A DNA stretch of 32,000 nt, taken from contig NZ_LT671858.1 in the NCBI RefSeq assembly GCF_900083515.1, positions 990,001-1,022,000 of the forward strand, written 5' to 3'. The notes beneath the pieces are model-generated. The model did not search any database, had not been told where the DNA came from, and saw only the letters and a program-made list of their open reading frames with translations. Origin of the DNA: Cuniculiplasma divulgatum. GTDB lineage: Archaea > Thermoplasmatota > Thermoplasmata > Thermoplasmatales > Thermoplasmataceae. Shown in pieces: positions 20,401-26,218 of this stretch (positions are counted from its first letter, which is position 1; every line of letters begins with the position of its first letter). A program made the position numbers and the translations under genes.

Positions 20401-21021
20401 ACCAATCATTATTTCTGCATCATAAAGGAGATAATTCGTTGGTGTAAGATGTGAACCGCTGATGAGAAAGTTTGACTGAGGTGTCTTAAATGTGCTTGCA
20501 GTATGGTAGGTAGAGTTGAGTATTACCAAATCGTATGTGCCATGCACCGATAGCTGTGGAACGGAGTAATTGAAATAAACCGCATTCCTGTTGTCAATTA
20601 GTGTTGAGTTTAGGTATAGATGTACTGTAAAAGGTGTTTTCACAGCAAAAGTGGGCCCATAAGCAATATGTACACCAGGATATTTGATAACATGCCCAGT
20701 AGTGCTATAGATAGAATTTTGTGTTATAATAGCCTTAGGACTTGAAAAATTCCACATATTATCTTCAAAAGTTATAGTGTGATGATTGGATGAATATAAT
20801 AGCACGTTTTGTGTCCAGAAGGTATAATTTGAATTTCCAAATAGGGTAGCATTATTTAAAACTGTATTCAGCTGCACTGTTATATTGCTTGGATCTTCAT
20901 TTAATGCATACAATGCAGTAAGATTGCTTATGGATATTGTACCCTCAAAGCTGTTCGTTGATAATTGATATGGCGTAAGAACACCACTCACATTCTTTAT
21001 TCCAAAGTCTCCTATTCCCAT
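17485..21021 (-). CDS. Thermopsin-family (peptidase A5) multidomain surface protein, 3' portion of an IS-disrupted gene (no signal peptide as it stands)
   Basis: The N-terminus MGIGDFGIKNVSG...ITVQLNTVL...YTFWTQNVLL...ITFEDNMWNFSS...YDAEIMIGGPGGGS...YGTDTGE parallels Sulfolobus acidocaldarius thermopsin (PPAPAGIASFG, ATLQFNIVL, YWLQDVG, LTFIDNVWNLTG, YDAELVWGGGGNG, FGADTAE; recalled from memory). Next come a PGTYSLQVLLSNY carboxypeptidase-regulatory-like unit and a beta-helix-like repetitive region (residues ~500-900). Three GLP/NGTY modules follow (residues 914-1142, nt 17596-18282). The TM anchor is VGIAVAAIAGLAVGAGVMLVL followed by RKKTVP. Confidence 0.85.
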   Translation of the reverse strand: MGIGDFGIKNVSGVLTPYQLSTNSFEGTISISNLTALYALNEDPSNITVQLNTVLNNATLFGNSNYTFWTQNVLLYSSNHHTITFEDNMWNFSSPKAIITQNSIYSTTGHVIKYPGVHIAYGPTFAVKTPFTVHLYLNSTLIDNRNAVYFNYSVPQLSVHGTYDLVILNSTYHTASTFKTPQSNFLISGSHLTPTNYLLYDAEIMIGGPGGGSTTTLYNVNANMTLKYYNATSSAYMNVPSAYDYGTDTGETSSGESIYWNSNDVAEINTGPSILEGMWGIQSATKMGDMKITGQIEPSNAFLFVNVGTKVNNLTAQWAPLQQNGKFMLTLTPGTYSLQVLLSNYAPAFESNISGKANGPVKVISVNLPFNTSYCGYTPLYAFNNNQLSNIAVQGNGTPMEPYILADQCCEVDPVFGQLNDFGFPVFMAVFLSGTTDYVSSVDSEQPCVENSYNGSYVGFNSMPFAFYKVQNYSMIGMQVSGIFYPGEDGFIAGEITFWDSSNDFIVQTSFDTKFPITTVNSTDITISNSVSTLEYNNIYLYCGSVILASDIICCGNLTEVNGTADLVHSHLEDTILLACDGASLNIRGTIVTHDDLLVVDSKIMSTDNLVSESVYCYYLSSASSMNNYQGSSKIIVYDSTSSDVGGEYIDMSLIVENSMISISGKVLNSTYICNINSTVKLSSVKIYNTELYSLNGLNNIESATGSYLLFASEKSNTMISSSQLFGVRGFSEYGNFSTTGSFIIGVEFESIFSNNSFTNSIIQSIPTSVSEGYEFPTYLWTYDGTNVLSGDTFAVINFQNDEETICCDYQVNLNSITFMDGVNSVTGSTFYTSGGDSAANLIVQYGINNIQGNTFESKHVELLGNQYGAGSSLIVYGGDNVIGHNKFVSINSPASSSLIKYGDVSTQASNQYLYSLNFTESGLANGTAWSVDVNGTTHTTTGSYINLLVSPGTYSFKATSYGYGSLSGSVDVVSSSVNEPLTFSKLPQYSVTFMSGGLPSGVNWTVTMDHMTMSGYTNMLTFTNIPMGTYTYTVADSSSHYSPVVASGTIDVTSNMTQTVSFMGISYTVTFNENGLASGTNWTVTVNGHVYSSTQSSISLTMPIGSNLTYRVGNETGYISSERTGNFAVFGNYSVTVNYAKPGVSPTLTYVGIAVAAIAGLAVGAGVMLVLRKKTVP

Positions 21022-21063
21022 AGGAGCTGGAGCAGATACGTAATGTGGGGTTACATGACCATC

Positions 21064-21067
21064 TATC
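21064..21067. repeat. Target-site duplication TATC (copy 1) of the IS5-family element
   Basis: This 4-mer is identical to the one at 22464-22467. Both abut the inverted repeats, and both place the ATA (Ile) codon in the same reading frame of the split gene. Confidence 0.7.
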
Positions 21068-22463
21068 GACCTTTTCTATAATCTTATGATTCCTCTAACA
21101 AGACAGTACTAAACCTGTTTTATGGGCATGATCATGCCGCTGAATGTGGATATTCTTCTCAAAACCCCTTAATTTTTTCTGTTTTTTTCTTCCTTTTCAC
21201 TCATTTTACATAGCTGCCGCTATCTTCCCTCTTTTTTTCAGGTTCATCAGTGTGAAAAGATTGTAGCAGAAACACTTGAACATCGCCTTTACACGAACAC
21301 GCCTAACCATGGTCACATAAACATGATCACCGTTGAATTTTCCCTTGATGATGGAGTACGGTCTCTCACCAGGTGATCTCTTCCTTGATATGCGCAGATT
21401 CCGTCTCACCTGATCGATTGAAAGCGGATTATTTCTGGATGCATGATCCATTGTCCCGTTCAGTCCCCTGCATGGTGCACCCTGGTATCCCTTGTCCCTG
21501 TAACATGGCATATCCGGTACACTCAGATCAACATTGGCATCATGGAGTGCTGCTGTGGTTACGACAAACTCCCTGATCAGTGGCATGTCGACGCCTACAG
21601 AGCTGTGAAGCTTGTATCCGAAATGTGTTCTGTTATCTTTTTTTGTGAAAGTACCGTCCTTCGATCTTCTTGTCTTAGAGGATCTTCTCTCTTCCTTGCT
21701 GAGTCTCTTCTTTTCTGATGCTTTTATCTTCGCTGCCTTCTTCTGGGCCTTTGTCATCTTTTTCTTCTGATCTGGATCAGCAGCATCACCCTTCCCTGGC
21801 GACTCACCCGTTTCCTCATTCTTCGTCATCTGCGGAGGTTCCGGATCCACTGGAACTGGAGGTTTCCTCCTTCCATGTTTTCCATGATCCGACTCAATAT
21901 ATGAGGCATCCTGTATAACGCCCTTTTCTATCCTTATTCCCCTGTCATTGAACTGCTTCCATATGGCTTCCCAGAGTTTCTTGTCCATGCCGGATGATGA
22001 GAGTCTTTCCCTGAACAGCCATATGGTTCTGGCATCAGGCATCTTATCCGGATAGTGGAGGAAATGCCTGAATGATATCCTGTCATAGAGTTCCCTCTCC
22101 GTTGCCTCATCACTGAGGCCGTAAAGTTCCTGTATGAAGAGTGTCCTGATCATGGTTATCTCATCAAAGTTAGGCCTTCCACCCTTTTCGGTGTTGTTTT
22201 TGAAGAGAGATGATACCATGGATCCAAGGGCATTCCAATCCACAATGGGTTCAAGCCCGACAAGTGTATCCATGCTTCTGATCTGGTTATACGCTTCAGG
22301 GATGCTGAAATCACGCAATGAGCTCATTATAATACACATGAAACACGCATGAATAAAGGTTTCGCTATCAATAATAATCATTGGAGCTAGGAAAATACTG
22401 GTCTTAATGTAAATTTAGTTTAGAAAATCATCTATGATTTGGCTTAGGTTTTTAGAAAAAGTC
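21068..22463 (-). mobile_element. IS5-family insertion sequence, 1396 bp
   Basis: The inverted repeats are GACCTTTTCTATAATCTTATG (21068-21088) and, as the reverse complement of 22443-22463, GACTTTTTCTAAAAACCTAAG, matching at 16 of 21 positions. There is a single DDE transposase ORF and a 4-bp direct repeat TATC on both sides. The element is more GC-rich than the flanks. Confidence 0.8.
21206..22381 (-). CDS. IS5-family DDE transposase (DUF772-type N-terminal domain plus DDE_Tnp_1-type catalytic domain)
   Basis: Diagnostic segments are MIRTLFIQELYGLSDEATERELYDRISFRHFL (InsH N-terminal type), VIQDASYIESD (first D), YRDKGYQG (second D) and SPGERPYSIIKGKF (E region). The likely true start is ATG 22327 (MSSLRDFSIPEAY), not 22381. 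Confidence 0.9.
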   Translation of the reverse strand: MIIIDSETFIHACFMCIIMSSLRDFSIPEAYNQIRSMDTLVGLEPIVDWNALGSMVSSLFKNNTEKGGRPNFDEITMIRTLFIQELYGLSDEATERELYDRISFRHFLHYPDKMPDARTIWLFRERLSSSGMDKKLWEAIWKQFNDRGIRIEKGVIQDASYIESDHGKHGRRKPPVPVDPEPPQMTKNEETGESPGKGDAADPDQKKKMTKAQKKAAKIKASEKKRLSKEERRSSKTRRSKDGTFTKKDNRTHFGYKLHSSVGVDMPLIREFVVTTAALHDANVDLSVPDMPCYRDKGYQGAPCRGLNGTMDHASRNNPLSIDQVRRNLRISRKRSPGERPYSIIKGKFNGDHVYVTMVRRVRVKAMFKCFCYNLFTLMNLKKRGKIAAAM

Positions 22464-22811
22464 TATCATCTTATAATCCTCAGCTGCCTTGTAATTTGGG
22501 AGGAAAAGGTTATTATTTAAGTTCTTTGTTGTGTTCTTAAAAGTAGATGAACTTGAAGTACTTTTTCCACTCAGATTTGAGCCAGTCACTTTGGAACTTG
22601 CAGTAGCATTCAAACTATTCTCAAAGTTATGAAACTGTGAAATAGCACTTAAATTCTGACTACCAGAAGATGTAAACTGGGAACTAATAGTTCCCACACT
22701 ACTATTACCAACATTACTTTGAACTGCAGGATTAGTTCCTATTACTGCCATTGAAAAACCTATGACTGACATCATGGCTATCGAAATCACTATTAATTTT
22801 TTTAAGTCCAT
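22452..22811 (-). CDS. Severed 5' end of the thermopsin gene: signal peptide plus S/T/N-rich linker, terminated by a stop inside the IS end
   Basis: This 119-aa ORF begins MDLKKLIVISIAMMSVIGFSMAVIG, followed by a low-complexity S/T/N-rich segment. The last 3 codons (DFF) and the TAA stop lie inside the IS inverted repeat (22452-22463). Confidence 0.6.
   Translation of the reverse strand: MDLKKLIVISIAMMSVIGFSMAVIGTNPAVQSNVGNSSVGTISSQFTSSGSQNLSAISQFHNFENSLNATASSKVTGSNLSGKSTSSSSTFKNTTKNLNNNLFLPNYKAAEDYKMIDFF
22464..22467. repeat. Target-site duplication TATC (copy 2) of the IS5-family element
   Basis: This 4-mer is identical to the one at 21064-21067. Confidence 0.7.
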
Positions 22812-22832
22812 GAAAATAATAAGATTGATATC

Positions 22833-22840
22833 TATTTAAA
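22833..22840 (-). promoter_or_regulatory. TATA-box-like element (TTTAAATA on the minus strand) of the thermopsin gene
   Basis: It lies 22-29 nt upstream of the ATG at 22811. Confidence 0.35.
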
Positions 22841-22960
22841 CATAATGTAGTATTAAATTAAAATGTGTCTTAATAAAGATTTAAAAAGAAGATGTTGATT
22901 TATTAACTTTTAAAGTTTAAACCAAAAACCCATCCACTACTTTTCCAACTTTTACCATAC

Positions 22961-24511
22961 TTATTTCTGATTTCCCAAAACCAGAATACTGATGAGTTTC
23001 TTTATGGAGTTTAATCTGTTTGGAAACATGGAAAGAATGAATTCCCTTTCCTCCTTTGAGAACACCTTCAGTCTTGATGCAACAACTGTATAGATTAATG
23101 CTCCAACTAATATGAGAAATGGTAGAATAAAAAGAGAGTATCCATATCTTTCAACCATAAAATGAAGTGCAAAATAGACAATCAGGAACATGAAAATGGA
23201 AGATGCCCATATTTTCAGTGTGCCAGATGTATTGTACTGAACCAGATCCTCCTTCTTTGCAAGCCTGTATAGAATAACGAAAGAAACAACATAAACAGAT
23301 GAGAAACCAAAGGCTGCTCCTATAAGACCAAAATATGGTATAAGAAGGAAAGAGAAAATAACATTTGCAACTAGTGAACCAAGACTTGAGTATAGGAAGA
23401 AAGATGTTTTCCTAACAGATGAGATTGCCTGTATCAGGAGATTTTGTGATATGAATAGAGTTGGAACAAGCATGACAACTATGAGTGCATATTGACCGGA
23501 AACATAGGCAGGACCTGCTATGTAATATAAAACAATTGGAGAAAGAGCTGCAATTCCCAATGCGATCGGTGTATAAAAATAGGTCAGAAGTAGAGATGAT
23601 GCTCCTACGTTGCTCTTTATGAAAGCCCTCTGATCGTTACCGAAAAACTCAGAGAATTTTGGAAGCGTGATATTATTAAAGGGAATGGCAATAAAACTGA
23701 TTCCCGAAAATATAAGAAGGGTAAAGTTGTAGATCCCAAGATAGTAAGTATTAAGTAAATACGCTACAACAAACCTGTCTGTATATGATGCACCATATCC
23801 TATGATTGATGATAGCAGTACGGGAATGGCATATGTGAATATGGATCTGCTGCCAACAGTACGGTGATGCTTCCTCATATATCCCCTGGCCAGTATTGCC
23901 AGAAGATAAACGAAATCGATTAATATTCCAAGGGCGAGACCAATAATCCATCCGTATATGATATCAATTAGTGATCGATCTATGTAGGCCAGAGTCAGTG
24001 CTCCAAAATAATATATTACCCATATTATTACTGATATCAATGCCGATATCTTAAATTTCTCAAAACCAATGATTGCTCCATTTAGTATGGAGAATATGAT
24101 GTTTCCGAATAGTACTAATGATAAGAGTTTGATATAGAATGTGTATGATGTTGAATGAAAGAAAATGATTGATATATATCCTGAAAATGCGTATACAACC
24201 AGCAATCCTGCTAGTGCAAGTAATATTCCAAGTACAAGTATCCTGAACAATGTCTTTCCCGGTGAGTACACCTTTGAATTAAGATTTGATGAAATGAAAT
24301 GCGTTATCGCACTGTTGAGGCCTACAGTGAAAACAATTCCGAAAAGACCTACAATGGCAATGAATAATGCGATCACGCCCAGATCGCTTGGAGGAAAGAT
24401 TCTTGCAGCAAATATATAGAATAATGATCCTGAAACTACCTGGACACCGTTGCCGAGAAACTGGTAAATTGCACTAATCCCAACATATTCCTTCTCGGCA
24501 CCTAATTCCAT
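22961..24511 (-). CDS. Wzx-like oligosaccharide/polysaccharide flippase (MOP superfamily, Polysacc_synt type)
   Basis: This 516-aa protein has about 14 hydrophobic helices. The N-terminal pattern IYQFLGNGVQVVSGSLFYIFAARIFPPSDLGVIALFIAIVGLF is typical of the family. It lies downstream of rmlC-rmlB on the same strand. Confidence 0.8.
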   Translation of the reverse strand: MELGAEKEYVGISAIYQFLGNGVQVVSGSLFYIFAARIFPPSDLGVIALFIAIVGLFGIVFTVGLNSAITHFISSNLNSKVYSPGKTLFRILVLGILLALAGLLVVYAFSGYISIIFFHSTSYTFYIKLLSLVLFGNIIFSILNGAIIGFEKFKISALISVIIWVIYYFGALTLAYIDRSLIDIIYGWIIGLALGILIDFVYLLAILARGYMRKHHRTVGSRSIFTYAIPVLLSSIIGYGASYTDRFVVAYLLNTYYLGIYNFTLLIFSGISFIAIPFNNITLPKFSEFFGNDQRAFIKSNVGASSLLLTYFYTPIALGIAALSPIVLYYIAGPAYVSGQYALIVVMLVPTLFISQNLLIQAISSVRKTSFFLYSSLGSLVANVIFSFLLIPYFGLIGAAFGFSSVYVVSFVILYRLAKKEDLVQYNTSGTLKIWASSIFMFLIVYFALHFMVERYGYSLFILPFLILVGALIYTVVASRLKVFSKEEREFILSMFPNRLNSIKKLISILVLGNQK

Positions 24512-24607
24512 TCTTCCCTGAATTCCTCCATAAATAATTAACTTTTATTCAAATCCGCAATTTGGAAGAAATACAGTAAAACAAATATTATTAATATAGT
24601 AGAAAAG

Positions 24608-25558
24608 CTAAAGGATATAATTTTCATAATTTTTCATATAATGATCAACTGTTTGCCTGAGGGCATCGTTGAAATTGAATTCCGGTTTCCACCCCAGTTT
24701 TCTTATACTGCTGGCATCTATGGCATATCTCCTATCATGGCCGGGTCTATCATCAACAAACTTGATCATGTCGGTATTCTTTTTCATTAGATGCATAATC
24801 TCGTTAACAACTTCAATGTTTGAATGTTCACCATCGGAACCTATAAGATATGTTTTTCCCGCTTTGCCTTTTTCCAGGATAAGATCAATTCCATTGCAGT
24901 GGTCTGTTACATATATCCAGTCTCTTATCTGTCTGCCGTCACCATATATTGGAACTTTCTCATTGTTCATTAGATTGATTATAGTTTTTGGTATAAGTTT
25001 CTCTCTGTGCTGGTGTGGACCGAAATTGTTACTGCAGTTACTAATGGTCGCCTTCAATCCGTATGTGTTACAGTAGCTGCGGACAAGCATGTCTGCAGAT
25101 GCCTTTGTTGCAGAATATGGGTTTTTTGGATTATAGGGTGAATCAACATTGAATTTTTCCTTTGAATCTACTGGCAATGCTCCATATACCTCATCCGTTG
25201 ATATCTGGTGAAATCTCAAATCGTTTTTCCTTGCATGTTCCAGTAAGGCATGTGTTCCCATGATATTTGATTTAATGAAGGATAAGGAGTCTTTTATTGA
25301 ATTATCAACGTGCGATTCTGCAGCAAAATTAACTACTGTATCTAAATCGCGAAATTCGTCCTGATGAATGGAAATATTATTTATATCGTCATTAATGAAT
25401 TTATAATTTGGGGAATTTTTAATCTTCTCCAGATACCAGGGATTTGATGCGTAGGTTAAAGAATCCATGTTATAGATGAAATCGTCATATTTCTCCATTC
25501 TATTGAGTATATAATTTGAACCTATGAAGCCCATTCCTCCAGTTACAAGTATATTCAG
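24608..25558 (-). CDS. rmlB: dTDP-glucose 4,6-dehydratase
   Basis: Diagnostic motifs are GGMGFIGS (Rossmann), PYSATKASADMLVRSY (the catalytic Y-x-x-x-K), SNCSNNFGPHQHREKLIP and GDGRQIRDWIYVTDH. The first canonical start is ATG 25534. The upstream in-frame codons encode the expected beta-1 strand (LNILVTGG), and I tentatively place the start at CTG 25556-25558 (see the findings). Confidence 0.9.
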   Translation of the reverse strand: MNILVTGGMGFIGSNYILNRMEKYDDFIYNMDSLTYASNPWYLEKIKNSPNYKFINDDINNISIHQDEFRDLDTVVNFAAESHVDNSIKDSLSFIKSNIMGTHALLEHARKNDLRFHQISTDEVYGALPVDSKEKFNVDSPYNPKNPYSATKASADMLVRSYCNTYGLKATISNCSNNFGPHQHREKLIPKTIINLMNNEKVPIYGDGRQIRDWIYVTDHCNGIDLILEKGKAGKTYLIGSDGEHSNIEVVNEIMHLMKKNTDMIKFVDDRPGHDRRYAIDASSIRKLGWKPEFNFNDALRQTVDHYMKNYENYIL

Positions 25559-26109
25559 AAATAATCACCTTCCTGGATCAGCTCCTTGAATGTTGTTAAT
25601 TTTAAGTCCTTTTCTGATATCACGGGATTATCTATATTCCATTTTACGCCTATATCAGGATCATCATATCTTATTCCCCGTTCTGATTCCTTATGATAAT
25701 ATTCAGTAGTCTTGTAAAGCACATAGGAATCTTCCAGTGCCACAAATCCATGAGCAAAGTAGTCCGGGATATAGAGAGAATGGCAATTGTCCTCTGACAG
25801 TTCTGCCATCACATATTTACCGAAATCCTTTGAACTTTTTTTAAGATTTACTGCAACGTCCAGTATTTTTCCATGTATTACAGAAACAAGTTTTCCCTGT
25901 GAAAACGGTAGCTTCTGAAAGTGTAAACCCCTTATAACACCCTTCCTTGAAAATGAAAGATTTTCCTGTACAAAATTTATTTCTTTGAACTGACTTTTGA
26001 AATAATCTTCTCTAAAAAATTCAGTGAAATAGCCTCTTTCATCATTGAATATTGTCCTTTGAATCAAAAATACACCTGAAAGTTGAGTTTCGTTCAGCTT
26101 GAAATTCAT
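25555..26109 (-). CDS. rmlC: dTDP-4-dehydrorhamnose 3,5-epimerase
   Basis: This 184-aa cupin carries DERGYFTEFFR, IRGLHFQ, GKLVSVIHGKILDVAVNLKK, LYIPDYFAHGF and YKTTEYYHKESERGIRYDDPDIGVKW. Confidence 0.9.
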   Translation of the reverse strand: MNFKLNETQLSGVFLIQRTIFNDERGYFTEFFREDYFKSQFKEINFVQENLSFSRKGVIRGLHFQKLPFSQGKLVSVIHGKILDVAVNLKKSSKDFGKYVMAELSEDNCHSLYIPDYFAHGFVALEDSYVLYKTTEYYHKESERGIRYDDPDIGVKWNIDNPVISEKDLKLTTFKELIQEGDYF

Positions 26110-26218
26110 CTTTTCCTAATCTTCACTTGGCTTATGTATTTTTTTGACTGTTAATTGATAGATATAAAATTAAATTTTCATAAATTTTTAAGAGTAGAAA
26201 ATAAACTGGTATGTGTAT

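Larger units (their letters stand above)
17485..22811 (-). pseudogene. Thermopsin-family surface protease gene interrupted by an IS5-family insertion (5' fragment 22464-22811, 3' fragment 17485-21067)
   Basis: Deleting 21068-22467 (the IS plus one TATC copy) joins ...GAG GAT TAT AAG ATG ATA to GAT GGT CAT GTA ACC... in frame. This yields ...AAEDYKMIDGHVTPHYVSAPAPMGIGDFG... and a 1308-codon ORF (116+14+1178) with a signal peptide. See the findings. Confidence 0.75.

Noticed and set aside
21373-22352. Track ORFs 21373-21576, 21443-21718, 21718-21918 and 22134-22352 (all +).
   Set aside because: They are antisense to the IS5-family transposase gene and Pro/Ser/His-rich in a way typical of reverse-frame artefacts in a GC-richer segment.
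21101-22409. Alternative IS5 ends: AAGACAGTACT (21101-21111) versus the reverse complement of 22398-22409, AAGACCAGTATT.
   Set aside because: The match is only ~11 nt and needs an indel. There is no flanking direct repeat, and excision at these points does not restore a reading frame. The 21068/22463 model gives 16/21 IRs, a 4-bp TSD and an in-frame junction. These may be subterminal repeats.
7962-22463. A composite transposon formed by the two IS elements around the 12-kb segment between them.
   Set aside because: The elements belong to different families (IS256 versus IS5), with unrelated ends and separate target duplications of their own.
21076-22481. A ~20-bp direct similarity, TCTATAATCTTATGATTCCTC (21076-21096) versus TCTATCATCTTATAATCCTC (22462-22481), considered as a long target duplication.
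   Set aside because: It is imperfect (3 mismatches plus an indel). Treating it as the duplication leaves the thermopsin frame broken. It is more likely a chance or target-preference resemblance between the IS end and the AT-rich flank.
25555-26109. An rmlC-rmlB translational fusion by programmed frameshifting at the overlap.
   Set aside because: There is no slippery heptamer or downstream structure at the junction. The CTGA stop-start geometry is the simpler explanation.
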